A stretch of 55,251 nucleotides of DNA, the filler included, from Sphacelaria rigidula (taxonomy: Eukaryota), in the NCBI GenBank assembly GCA_964200075.2. It is 5 parts of 5 records of this genome, joined end to end, with 100 filler letters (N's around TTAATTAATTAA, not from the genome) between each part and the next. Parts side by side here need not be neighbours in the genome. Positions count along the whole stretch, not along the records: positions 22,142 to 33,111 come from CAXNAA020005607.1; positions 33,212 to 44,181 come from CAXNAA020005608.1; 3 more parts are not named here. One strand, given 5' to 3'. Position numbers and translations under genes: made by a program. The notes under the pieces were generated by a model. The model did no database searches and had not been told where the DNA came from. It was given only the letters and a program-made list of their open reading frames with translations. Below are positions 22,950-36,010 of this stretch, one piece after another. Every line of letters starts with the position of its first letter. Position 1 is the first letter of the stretch.

Positions 22950-25900
22950 TTGGCCGGAATTGTATCAGGATCTCCTCCACACAAGGACGCATAACTACAC
23001 AAGGGATGCCCTCGTATTTCTTTATTTTCATGGAGTTATAGGGTTTTTCTAGTTTTTGCAGAAACTTTAAATTGCTGTAACTTTCTGTTGCTGTTTTTTT
23101 CTTGGCATCCCCGGGAAGGCTGTGCGTAGTGATCATAAAAATGTTGTGTCAAAATTTCAGCGCCCAAAGCCTCGGATTACCCGCCGCCCGGCCCGGATAC
23201 ATTCGCAAATCGCTGTTAGCTGGCCCAGCTCGTGGCTCAAATGGGAATCATCGGCATCGTGGGTGCAACCTAGTAGCCATCGGCGACAAACCTCAGGACT
23301 TTGCCGCGATGTAGCTTATGAGCTGCTGCGGCACGGAATATGCTGGATCGTTGTGCGTGGGGTGCCCTTGTTCAGGTTGCGTGTAGTACAAGAGGATCGC
23401 GCCACGGTGCAACCACAAGTTAGATTCGCGTTCCCAGGACACTCTACGTAGATCATGGCAGTAGGTCTTGAACATGATAGCAGCATTCCCACCGCGACCA
23501 CAGACGACCTGATGACCGGTGGTTTTGGACACATTCAGGCGTAAAACATGTTTAGTCACATGATCGGGGCCACGTGGTGGGGCGGTGGCTTGTCAAGTGG
23601 CTGCTGAGAACGTATTGGGTGAGGTCAGCAGGGAGATATTTAGGCATGTCGCAGGTGCCATGCGGGCTGATGCAAGGCTCCTACCGGGCTACGAAGATGC
23701 GAGGCTTTGGACCTCCACCTTGGAAATCTAGTGGCAAGTCAAGGTCGAGAGCTCTGTCATCAATGACTTGTTGGTTGTTGGTCTAGCGCCGATGTCGAGG
23801 GCCCGACTGTCAAAATCTTGGCATGCTCTGTTCAATTCAGAGACTGTTTGGCCTTGATAAATCTCTCGTCGGCAACTTTGCTTGACTCTTAGACCCATTA
23901 CTATCGAAAAATCTTATCTTGAGGAAGTCCTGAAAGTTTTGGAGATGTGGCATTCTTATCGAGTTCTGCTATTGCTGCTAGATCTCTCATCACGGACGCG
24001 GCGCTGACCTCGTCGTTGGCTCACCCTCGCCGGTGTGAAGACGCCACTCCAGCCAACCCACAGCGCTTTCCCCTCTCCAACATGGCTGAAGGTGCCACTG
24101 TCAAGGTTCCTGATGTCTCTCGAACGCTAGCGAGCGCCATGGCGTACACACAGGGCAGGTCTCCGAAGTGCTGCGTTGCAGCACGAATTGTCCGAAGTGT
24201 CCGAACATGAAGATTCGGAGGAAAACCTGAGCCGCTTTATTTTCGGAGAAACCTGAATGCAGACTCCGAAATGTCTGACATTTTCGGACATTTCAGATGA
24301 AACAACGTTGATAATAATGGGCCTTGCCAAATGGTCGGCAACCTGTTGCAAAGTAATATCCGATCGACAACCTTCTAGGTCGGGCGTTCGTGCGTGAGCC
24401 TCAAGAGAGCACCTTTGGATCTCTCGAGGGGCGAATCATTAAAAGCGCGTTATTCGGACTATTGTGAACGTTTTGCGCCATCGAGAGAGCATCAGTTCAT
24501 AATAAGTTCTCTAACCCTGATCGAGACCTTGGTGGCCCTTGCACGTACGTCATTCGAACACGGGGAGTGGTTGCTAGGGGATATGCCCGATGTAGCGTTC
24601 GTTGGGGTACAGGCTGGTAGAAACGTTGATTGAGCTGCGGTGCGACAGCATGCTGTGGGAAAGGTGGACATTTCAATCATTTTGACGACCGCCAACGACC
24701 ATAGAGATCATTTGGGCCGTGGAATGAGCAAGTCTCTTGGTACTGCGGTTGTCATTGAGGTTGCGCGCGCTTGTGGCGATATTGCGAATGCCCAGGAGCT
24801 TGTACAGTGCGTCAGAGAGGTCGGAACCTACCTGCTGAGCATGATCTGAGAGAAGCCTTGTGCGGCAACCACAGTGCCTGATATAGTCGTGGACGAAAAT
24901 GTTGGCCGCACCAACCGCCGTGAAGTCGGCTACTGCGACCGCGTACATAGGCGTATGGTGACTGAAACGATCGATGAGTAGCAAATTGTTGGCATTACCA
25001 CGATCCATGATCGGTAGACGACCAAATCAGTCGCCGGACACGATGAGCCCTGGGCCGTTAGAGAGGTCCGTGGAGATGATAGACCGGCGTACTGGTTGTC
25101 GTAAAGTTTTTCGGACTTGACTCTCTATGCCACGCCAGGTCAAAAAGCGGGTGGAGGTCGTCATGCCGGTCGACCAGCAAAATCGCTGTAGCAGCGCCAA
25201 GGTGCGAGTAACACCACTGTGGCAGAACGGGTTAGTGTGACAACGTTTCATAACCCGAGGGCGCAGTACTAGAGGGACCTGTATGTACCGTGCGGTCGTG
25301 CGTGGCAGCCGGTGCCCGCAGCTGAGCTTGCACCAGGTGGTGGCGTCGTTCCGCACGAGCTCGCATACATCAGACATATCGGCTGCGGTCACCGGTTAAC
25401 CTACGAAGATGGCGGGGCGGGTAGCGGTGGCGTAGGCGAAGGTGCAGGAATGCCAGTGTCAATACCCATGTCGGGATCGGAATCGGGGCTGCCTGGGCCA
25501 GGTTGAGAAGGGGGTGGTGTTCATGTCGTCGTGGTGGATGGCGGTGTTGTCTCAGTGCGCGGCGACTGCGGCGCACGGCGATTTACACGTGCGGATTTGG
25601 GTAGCCGGTGTTGCAGGACGAGCGGTTCGGTTTCGTGGAGCTGGTGTCGCAGGGCGCGCAGCATCGGCAGGAACTATCGACAGTGGTGAGAAAAACGAAG
25701 GATTCACGCGTGCTGCGGTCCGGAAGCACGTGTTGTCGGAGATTGGGTGTATAGTCAAGGGTTTCATTGCGGAGGAATCAGGGCGAGCACCAAAGTGCCA
25801 AATACGACAAAAGCGGTGACGGTGGGTTCTAGCCCACCCAAGGCGGCATCATGGGGGAAAAGACGGAGAGCTTTCAACAGCATCACTGTTTCTGGACACT

Positions 25901-28900
25901 AAAGGTCGAGATCAAGTATGGGTGTGGAAACATGACAAATAGGATGAACGTCCGGTTCATCGGACTCTGTGAGCCGACATGCTTGCTTCACTCAGATCCG
26001 CCGAGGCTGGAGGCCGGGGTAGTCGGGAGAGGAGGTGGATATTTCCGTTGTGCTTCCCTGGTGAACTGATGAGTTGTAAGAAATTCCATTCAGCATTGTA
26101 CGCGCGGGTTGTGCTTACCTACTTTGCCGGACTGCTCGAGGGCCCCGTGGTCGACGTGAATTTTGAAGGATACATGGAGCAGAAATTGTGGAGGCGTATG
26201 GTTGCCCTGATGTTTGTTTCACGTCCTAATTCAAGTGTGGTCCAGATGGACGAACTGAGCCACGTGGCGAGACTGATAAAGAGAGTAAGACGGACGGGCC
26301 GTCCAGGAAGACATTGATTAGTTTAAGCGCCATAGAAATCGGCGCCCACGTCTGTGTGCAGTTAAAAAAGACGGGAGCCATCTTATTTCCCATCTCAGTT
26401 AGGAAAACTTGATACCATTTTTCGGTGAGCATATTAAACATTTCCGATACCAAATTTTCTTGATCGGGAATGGAAGCGAATGCCACACTTTTTTTCAGCA
26501 GCGCTGACATAGAGTGGATCCCTTCAGATAGATTTGGGATAACTATGCGGTAGTAGCAGGGGTCACCAAACAGGGAACGGAGTTGGGAAATGTTGGAAGG
26601 CATCGGCTAGTCAGTCATTGCCTCTTTCTTGTTGGCGTCCGGATTGAGGACAGCCGGTGAAATGGAATTCCCCTCAAAATCCAAGTTAGAGGCACCTGGG
26701 CTTAGGGCGAGGACGATTTCGTGTCACGCGTGGGTAAGCAGGAGAGAAATTCTCCGAGGGTAGGTATATGTGCAGTCGGGGAGGCATCGCAAGCGCCAGC
26801 AACATATTCATATACGAGAATGTGCCCCAAAAGGCCTGTCGTAACACGTTTGATAAAGCGCTGGGAACACTCGGGGGTAGTGTGAGCACCTTGCGGCATA
26901 CGCAGCCACTTGCGAAGTCCAGATGGAGGACAAAACGTCATGAGTGGGAGTTTTTCAGGGTGAATAGTACAATAAAAATATCGTAAGCAAGACCGAAGGT
27001 GTCAAATGTTTTTTTGCCTGGGAAGCCAAATGCTTCGTCGATTCGGGGAACTCGAATTTTGCCGACAAAATTAACACGATTTAACCGTTGATGGTTCACG
27101 GTGATACGCATATTACCGCCCTTCTTGGGGACAACCACGATTGGTGAAGCCCAAGGAGAGCGCTAGTGCTTATTCAAGCCGACTCCTAGATATGCATCAA
27201 AGATGGGGTTCACATTTTTTGGTGAGGACTAACAGTATCAAGTCGGGTCGATGATATACGGACCAGGTGCCGCGTTGAAGGGCTACCTCGAATAGTGGAT
27301 CCTTGCAGTCCGCAAGATCTGTTTTGGGCCGAAAGGACCGGTCTTGACCTTCCAGCAGAAAATGGCTCAATTCTTGATCACAATTTGGTTCATAGCCAGG
27401 CCCATGGAGGTCGAAATTGAAATACACAAGTGTGGTAGCATTTGGTCCCACATATGCAAGAGAACGCCAAGACGCTCCTGAAAGGCGTGCGAGCTTCAGG
27501 AGGAGGGTCGAATGCCCATCGTGTGGAATGCACAGTGTGGATAGAGGATACGGTCAAAGGAACTATGTTGAGATAGAATTCATCAACGGAACGGATGAAG
27601 GGGTCTATGGGGGGCGCGGAGGAAGGCGCCGGAGGATCAGCTATGCAAGTCTCAAGCGGTATGTGCATCAGAGGAGCGGATGCAATTCCTAAGATGCCAC
27701 CAGGTTTTCAATTAGCGTATCTCGCGAGAGGTAGACGCTATTTCTCGGCCGAGAAAAATATTGGTTGTCGGCAGGCATGCGAAGGCGAAGTAGCATTCAA
27801 GCAAGATAGTATACAGCGAGCACCGGCATGACATTTCGGCGGACTAATGCGGCTTCTACAAATTGATGACCATCGGAGAGGGTAATACCAGCGCTGCCGT
27901 CACCTCGGAGGTAGTGTGCAGCTCCTCCAGCTTGATGATTTCCTCGAAGGTCAGAACGCTGCTGGGAGAACCCAAGTGTCCAAGGGTTAACTTCCCAGCG
28001 ATGCGCCGACTGTGGCGGTGAAGGTCGTCGTGTGCGAAATGTGCTGTTGTCGAACCGCATGTAATTCTCTCTTCACGTACAGCATATGAGCATACCACAC
28101 GACTTGTGTAGCGGTTAGAGTAACAAGAAAATACATTCTGCTGCGTCGAGGGCCGTCAATCGAAGAATCCTGTCTGCCCCTATCGGTTGTTGACTGTATC
28201 CCTGGTCGGTGGCTCTACGGTGCCCCGTGGTGTGTGTCTGTATCTGCTCTGCTGCCCTAAATTCTCTGGGCTTCACGACTTCTGCAGTCTTCTTTTCCTC
28301 TGTTTGTCGTTTCCACCATGTTCCTGTCTCTGTATGTGTCCTTTCCGGCTGGTGTTTGCCAGAGCAGCGTGGTGCCTTGATTCATTGTGTTTGTCCATGG
28401 ATGAGAGGGTTCATACCCCAAATAGTGCGGTAGTGGTAGGTAAGCACCTATCGTTTCCACGGCCTCTCGTTTCCACGACTGGTTTTGAGTGTGATTCTGC
28501 GCGGGACCTTTCCCACCAAGGCCATGTGGCAGAGACCGGCCATTTCTAGTTCTACTTTCTTTCTTCTCTCCTTCCTTTCCTTCTTTCTTCTTCTTTCTTC
28601 TTCTTCCTCTTCTCTCTCTCTTTTGTTTCCTTTTTTCGACTCTGTTGTTTTATTCTGCCTTGTCTACGAGTATGTCTTCTTTTTTCTTCAGCGAGTATTT
28701 CAGTGTTGTGCTGTCTGGGGTATGTCTATCACGTGACCACGGCTGGATCATGATCCCTGGGGGGTCAGCTCAAGTGCGACAATTACTCAACTCTAAGACG
28801 AACAGATTTTTCTGTGGTCGAAGGTACGGTAAAGTCACCAAATCCACCCCATACGCGAGGACGCGAAGTGATTTTATCGTTTCGCGAGGATGATAAGTGA

Positions 28901-30353
28901 TTTCGCAAGCTGCGGGAGTAGCGCCGATCCGTTCAACATGTTCCCAGGTTGCTTCGTCAATATATATACTGTATATATATATACTTATCTGGGCTGCCGC
29001 TATTCAATAAGAAACGCACTTCACGAGTGTGATGGCATACAGGCTACAACGAATTGCCATCCATGCAGTGAAAGAAACAGGATCGACATGACCTTTGCCG
29101 CCGACAAAGGTCTGGTTCCTCTTTGGGCAAGGTGAATCAATCGGATCAGCGGGGCTGACAGCAACAGACGGATGCAGGTGGGTTCGCTGAAGGTGCGGCT
29201 GCTCGTCCGAGAGTGTGTCGGTTGCCCCATCGCCACCAGTTTCATACATAAGCGAGTTGGATCCCCCCGTGCAGTACTAGTGGCGAGGGTTGGAGGAGCA
29301 ACAAGCTCGAGAGGGACAGAGTCTACATCCTTCGAGATGCCCGGTAAATCATCGCACTCGAAGTCTTCACTTCTCTGTCTGCATGGGATCGAGGTTTTCC
29401 GCTCGAGAGACGGGGGCGTGATGCGCACTCGACATTCGGGGACAAGTGCACGGGGCATTTACCTTGATGAGGAACGGGAAACTTTCAACATTTCGCGGGG
29501 ACACAGGTGGACACTTTGCTCTCGCCGCAGTACGCATAAAAACGACAATTTGTTGAGGGCGCGTAGCAAGGTCGCCACAAGGGGGTTTTGGGCCTGTAGA
29601 GGGTCGCCGGGGGATCTCACTTTCGGAATGTGATCCGAGGGTGTAGCAAAGTGTCCACCTGTGGAACCACAACCCCGTCCGGTTGGGAGGATAAGGTCAG
29701 CATTGTTAAATTATCGGATGGAGCTTGTGGGCTCTCCGATGGCAAGCTTGGCCGCGAATTCAAGGGCAGGGGGTTATTCGGGCGGATTTCATCATACTCA
29801 TCCATGGGGGGATCCACACGCGATTGCAATCGCGAGGAAAGAGCTCTTCACCGGATTTACCCGAAGGAGGTACTATACACCTACGCGTGTTGTCTCGGGA
29901 TAAGCCGTAGGCCCGAGGGCGCGCAGTTGTCCTCCCACACCATATATTTACACTCAGTCCTAAACCACCGAGTCCAAAGCCGGATAGATCTGGGTCGCGG
30001 GGCAACATACCTGTTGCGCTGAGAAGGGAGGGGTGACGACGGTGGTCGACTTAATCGGCCGTCACTGGTTTTCTTGCAGAATATCGGGGTAGGCGACCGA
30101 TCAACTTTTGTCGCTGGCTCAGAAGGCTGGACTGAAAAAGTATAATCGGGACCTTTGCCGACGGTAACGGTGACACCGTAAGATCCAAAGCGCTGACATC
30201 GACAGGTCATGGATCTGTGCTGTCTATCGGTCGCAAAGGAACCGAGATATATGTTTGTAGGATTGGAGTTATCATGGTTCGGCCCCACCCGCTGATGTCA
30301 ATCAGCGGTTATCTGGTCGCTGGGAGAGGAAATATCGCTTTGGCGGGACGTAG

Positions 30354-30407
<54 letters not shown>

Positions 30408-30600
30408 CGCTTTTGTTGTTGTCGTCGTTATTGAAAGCAAACCCTCCCGAATGCGTATATTTCGCACTCGTTCGGGTCTTCATCTTTCAACTCGCACGTT
30501 ATAGGTATTTACGCTTCTTGATCGGACCTGAATCTCAGTCAAACGTGATCGGTTGCTTGAGATTACTCGTTTGTTGGTCTCTCTGTTGATCACCAAGAAG
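22950..30600 (-). mobile_element. heavily decayed Ty3/gypsy retrotransposon (gag, RT, RNase H, integrase, chromodomain-like)
   Basis: RT start VVPKKGGNMRITVNHQRLN...VPRIDE (27138-26938). QLRSLFG..CYYR (26603-26226). H..G.TRTLALLQRF and LIDRFS...LLSD integrase (25300-24500). TGHQVV...SWERESNL (23530-23380). PBS-like TGGTG at 30591-30595. No matching LTR pair found in this contig. Confidence 0.9.
30357..30405. repeat. (GCT)n microsatellite
   Basis: About 16 perfect units. Confidence 0.95.
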
Positions 30601-31273
30601 GTAGGTAACAATCTAAAACAGGGGGTGTTCCGCCGAGAGTGATCGGGAAAGGTCCGAGCAGTTGCTCAACCATCACTTACAAATCATAACAAGGCATTCT
30701 GAACTTGGGGCTCGGGGCTGCAAACCTGCAGGTCTACGAAAAACCGGAGATTGTACGGGCCTAGTGAAGAAAAATGAACCACGGGTCTGAGGAAAACCAG
30801 CGAGTCTAAGATATGCGGTACCGCCTCATACCCTCACGGCAATTTCCTGTGTTGTTCCAATATGCACGGCGAGATCATTGCAGTCCTACACTGTAGCACA
30901 CACTTACACGGAATTTGGTTGCCACATGGAACCACTCGCATCCGTTGAACCGTATACTTACCATAGGACTCATACCGGGCGCATATGGGATATGGTTCCG
31001 CTCCAGCAGTATATTATTATGTGACCTACGATATAGACTGCTGCCAGGATTATACGTAATATCTCGAATGCGTTTATTCCTGTTCTGCATGAATCGAAGC
31101 AAATACCGTTGACATAATCAAACCACCAGCATCTGATCCGTTCAGTGAATGTTCAATGGAATCCCACGCGCCTGTTTAGAATCAAGTGCATTACCAATAC
31201 TCCTTCGCGATAGGGCTGATTGATACGCTCGATTGCTGATTGATATCCATTTCCACCTCTTACAAAACAACAG

Positions 31274-32882
31274 TACGTGCTGAGTTTTATCCCCCTCTCC
31301 GAGAACGGGCACCTGTGCGCTGTCAGCAAGGACTTCCAGGACGCGGCGGAAGCCGATTGGATATGGCGAGATGCCTTCTTAGAGCGTTTTGAGAAGCCCA
31401 GCTGCAGGCGTTTTCTCGAGTCGGAGATGAGTGGTTGCAGTGAAGACGGCACCCCTGACGCGGAAACACCGACAGGGCGGTCTTCTGCCTCGACCATGGC
31501 CCAACGTCTGGTGGCTTGCAGCGACACAAGTAGTGGAGGGCAGAAAGAGATTTTCATGAGACGTCTCAAAGATCCCGAGGTGAAAAAATGTTGCGAGTGG
31601 TTAGCATAACCATCAGCAACCCCTCTGGGTTGTACAACTTAAACAGCAATGCTTGTGGTTCACTTCTCATTCATACCGTCCGTCGGTGGTGGCACGTGAA
31701 TAAGTGTTCGGCACAAAATAATCTCTTGCTACGTTTCCGACGAGCGCGTGAATGCCGCAAAACTCATCCCTGTAAGAGCGTTACACGTTGCTCTTTTGCT
31801 CGACATCGATTGGTCCCTCCGTCCCCAACGTTACTGCGATGTGCTAGGTCGGGGATAAGGTGGAAGTGGCTTGGACCGGCAAGTTCAGACTCGAGTCTTT
31901 GGAGGTGTACAGCGGAATGGCGTGGTGGCGAGCGCTCATCGTGGCTAAGGGAGACAAACCCGGGTACTACCAGGTACGTGCGAGTATTGCATGCTACAGT
32001 GCGATCAGAGCCCTAGCTGTATACTACAGTACATGTGTCGGCGAATCACCGCCACGTAACAGGCTTTGTAACCGCACTTTTTTCGAGATCTATGATCTCG
32101 CACTCCCGGAGCATCCAAGTTGTCGGAAGATCTCGACAAGATCTTCATAATGTGTCTGACTTCACGTAGCCAGTCACGCACCCAACATTCATTAGCTGAA
32201 GACGTACATTGAGGTCAAGATCCCCGGACAGCACAAATGGTATCCGTCTCAAGTCACGATAGCCAGATGTCTTTCTCAGCGCAGAGAGCGTGTGCATATC
32301 GCCCAATACCGTACCTAGTTTCTGCGGAGCAAGTAGAACTATCCATTCCTCCCGATAGCCACGGTCTTACAATTCTACTCTAGAGCGCCGAGAGAAGAAT
32401 TTCCATCCCCGCATGATTAACAGTCGACCATCGGGTGCAATCGAGCTCGACGAGAGTTCCATCGTCCACTACCCGCCAAATGTCACACGTTCGCCTCGAT
32501 ACAGGTTCATTACCCGGGGTGGGAATCTCGCTGGGACGAGTGGGTTTCGCTCGACAGGCTTCGCTGGGGCAACGACAGCCGCGCCAATACTCTCCAAGGA
32601 AAACAGCCAGAGGTGGGCGACTCCGTAGAACTGTGGTGCGAGGGAGTGCATGTACCCGGCGCGTGGTTGGAAGCTCAGGTGCTCTCCATCGAAAATGGAC
32701 GGCTGAATCTGGGGGAGTTGCTGACGACGGGAGTCTTTTGGGTTGATGCGACGAACGTACGCGTGGTCAAGACCAAAATAGTGGAAGGTATATTTTTCGA
32801 AAGCATAAGGGTGAAGAGAGCGCCCAGACTAGGAAGGTGCGGAAGGCCGCTGGCGGAAGGTTTGACTACAAGTAACATGTAA
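31274..32882 (+). CDS. F-box protein with chromo-barrel/Tudor-knot and Agenet-like domains; exons 31274-31579, 31848-31973, 32505-32882; 5' exon not identified
   Basis: AG/GT boundaries, all phase 0, join without stops. YVLSFIP...LCAVSKDFQDAAEADWIWR is F-box-like. VGDKVEVAW...WWRALIV...YQVHYPGWESRWDEWVSLDRLR is a chromo barrel. VGDSVELW...GAWLEAQV is Agenet-like. The last exon could instead splice at a GT near 32788. Confidence 0.85.
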
Positions 32883-33062
32883 TCATCTACGTGAACCTTG
32901 GTTGAGCTGCCGCACACGCCCTATGAGGCAGTGATTCTGACGAACAAGTTGAAAGCAAATGGTTTCCGTTCCTGTGATTTTTGTGACGCATCTGTGGTGC
33001 AGTAGCTGCAGGCGGGAACAAGTGCAGTACTCTTTCCGGTAGTGCACGTCGCCTCAACGAAA

Positions 33063-33111
33063 TGTTGTTGTTGTTGTTGTTGTTTTCACATTAAAAAACC
33101 GTTCCGATATC
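33063..33111 (-). mobile_element. 3' end of a non-LTR retroposon with (CAA)n tail
   Basis: (GTT)n-tttca followed by aaccgttccgatatc; the same pieces occur at 35022-35153. Confidence 0.6.
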
Positions 33112-33211
33112 NNNNNNNNNNNNNNNNNNNNNNNNNNNNNNNNNNNNNNNNNNNNTTAATTAATTAANNNNNNNNNNNNNNNNNNNNNNNNNNNNNNNNN
33201 NNNNNNNNNNN
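33112..33211. other. artificial contig spacer
   Basis: N44-TTAATTAATTAA-N44. Confidence 0.97.
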
Positions 33212-33918
33212 GATGCAAAGTGCCCGAGACGTGTGTTGGCGGCTTTCCCTGTTTAGAGGTCAAAAGGTTGGTCAAACGTCCCAAAAGTGAACAATCCGTG
33301 GGCCAAAAATCTGTTTGCCATAACATCCGGCCTTAGAGCGTCGATTTTCTCAAAAATCGGGGCCCCTCGTTTTGGAAACACGCCCTGGTTTGTCGGACGA
33401 TATCGACGGAATTTTCCCAATGAAGCAGGTATTGGGATCGCGCCATGATGAAATCGAGGTTGTAATTATTTCTAAAACGCGTTTTATAGCGTCCTGTACA
33501 GCAGTCAGGCAACTCTAGGACAACAATGAACAATCTGCTCGAGACACATTTCTGCCGCCAAATTCTCCAGTGATACCAATAGTGCACTGGAGTCTCTATG
33601 ACGGCAAAAAACAGGGTGTCTGTCTGTCTGTCTATCAGTGCGACCTTTTCACTCCTCATGCCTGACCGTTGCCAGTTTTATTGGTATTTTGATATTTCGC
33701 ACCTCGGACAACTCAACTCAGATTATTTAACTCGAGTTGACTCTTTTCCCCGCACGAGTAACTCACCTGTGAGCTATAGTAACATAACTCAGCGGTGCAT
33801 ACTCTGGCCGGGTGAGTTAGACAACATAACTCAGCGATGCATGTTTTGGCTGGGTGAGGTATGTCATTGCTTCCGACTCAGTTCTCCTCAAACGGTTATA
33901 AGGCCAAACTATAATAGT

Positions 33919-34313
33919 TAGAACTCGGAAGTGGTGCCAGTTATAACTGGCCATTATCGTTATAATGGTTTCAATGGTAATGCTTATATAAAAAAAATTG
34001 GATATTGGTTTCAAACCATTATTTACCGTTGCCGGCTACGTATGCTACATACAGTCCTTAAAAATTGGCCCAATGTTTACGTATTTTTTAGCTCTCGCGA
34101 GCCAAATCACGAAAAAACGGGCCTCCGGCAGGGCACCTCCAGCGGGGCCCTCAGGGGACGCCTCCAGCGGAACCCCCTCTGCCGGAGGGCTTTTTGGATC
34201 GTGGCTGCGCCGCTCGATGACCAAACCATGATGTACCATTTATCTGGTTAATGAGTGCGCTACGCGTAACCATTCAACTGGTTAATGGTAAGACAAACCA
34301 TTTCCGAGCTCTA
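33919..34313. mobile_element. hAT-type MITE
   Basis: TAG...CTA TIR (taga.ctcggaa.tggt); perfect 8-bp TSD ATAATAGT at 33911-33918 and 34314-34321. Confidence 0.9.
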
Positions 34314-34479
34314 ATAATAGTGGTTTCACCTTCTGCAGAGGTATGGCTATTCACACGTTGTAGAAAGGGAGAGAAATACGTGTCGATCTTGTGCCCCCCC
34401 CCAAAAAAAACGCAATGGTCTGATGACTATGGCATGCATGATCATGAGTACACCCCCCAAAACAACGGAACAAAACCTT

Positions 34480-35021
34480 GCTTCTCTTCATTCCGGTATG
34501 CGCTGCTGCAACGCGCAGCCCCAGATTTAGCGACATGAGGTTGTTGACTGTGGTTCACATTACATGTGGTCGAAGTTTCGGTGCCTTAGAGTGCCTACAG
34601 CGCGCGTACGGTCGCGTGTTCTGAATTGAGCATCTCTGCGAGCACTAAACCAATGAGTTTTGTACAGATTTTGTCATTATCCAGAGGGTTTCCCAGTCCA
34701 GATCGATGTTTGCTTGCCGGCGCAGCGACCACCCAGCTGCGCGTGATGTGGAAGTTAGTGCACCAGAGTGTGCGCATATGCATTCAATCACGGTGAAGGA
34801 AGTCTGGGCTGCGGGAAAAGCTGGTTTGAGGGCTGTTCTGTCCCAAATCGCTTATCGCCGTGTTCTCGTTTATGCGTCGCCGGAACGTGCCGCCGATTGG
34901 TGCACATGCTGACCATGTTGTGTCTGACTACTGTAGTGCGCCAAGTCTTACGACGGATAATCCGGCCGCTGTGAAGTAATCCACAAATAAAGCTTCTGTT
35001 CAAAGGTGCAGTGATTTTCAT

Positions 35022-35079
<58 letters not shown>

Positions 35080-36010
35080 TCATATTATTAACAGTTCTGC
35101 TGTTTTCTGGGTAGTTTGGTGATGGTCANNNNNNNNNNAACCGTTCCGATATCTGCGCGGTACATTGGTACTGGGCATCTTACGCGGACGCCTTCCGTGG
35201 TCACAGGCTAGTTTCGTATGCGAGCCAAATGCGAGCATTTACCTTTATATTTATAGCACGGGTATCGGCGTATGTATATCTGAGTTTGTTGTTTTTTGGC
35301 GCAAGGCCAGTGCTACTCGAACGTGCGACGCGCACTTGGGCGACATTCATTCATTGTGCGTATTTTGACTTGTAAGGGTTCAGAGAAGAAGTACTGTAGA
35401 CTAAAAATTCCCGAGTTAGGCTAGTGGATGGTGTCTCAAAAGATTACTATTTTAAGTCTTGGACAGCAACCCCCCCGCAGGTGGATTGAGTCGGACCGTG
35501 CTACTTTTTGGGTTCAGAATCATTCCTTTGTCACAACACAAAAGGCCCATTTTACGGCGGAAGGGCCCGGGGGTGCATATACGGCACATGATTGTAAAAG
35601 TCATAATACAGGCGCCTGCAGTCAGCACAGTAGTAGTGGTGGGGTTCTCAAGTACTCCTATTACGCTGCATAATTTTGCTCCGCAGTCGGTGGTGTGTTG
35701 TGCCGCGGCTCCACCTACCTTTTGCCGCGTACTAGATCTTACAGTTCTCCACGTGTCGAGGGTACGCAGCGTGTCTGAGGGGATTCGTACCATGACTACT
35801 GCTGCGGACATGTTTACAGCACGTCCCGCGCTCATCGGCGCAGTGTCACTTGAGCGAGTGGTACCGACAACACTGGGTAACACGCATCCACTGCTGCTGT
35901 TGAATCGCGGGCAGCACAATATTCTACCCTTTACCGCAGGCGCAACAGAGGCAAGGATACCGGCACGATGCTTTCTGCCGACGTTGCACCAGGCTGTACA
36001 ATGCAAAGGG
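34480..36010 (-). pseudogene. possible Mutator (MULE) transposase remnant
   Basis: Across frameshifts: CPR...TDCGAKL...NH (FAR1/WRKY-like), then GDKRFG, ALKPAFP, TLWCTNFHITRSW, resembling the MULE D...FP...CxxH signature. Confidence 0.45.
35022..35153 (-). mobile_element. non-LTR retroposon end with (CAA)n tail, spanning a 10-N gap
   Basis: About 19 GTT units; shares aaccgttccgatatc with 33097-33111. Confidence 0.6.

Noticed and set aside
30915-31055. First exon of the F-box gene ending LLPGLY|GT
   Set aside because: The donor is in frame, but spacing to the F-box core is short and there is no clear ATG in that frame.
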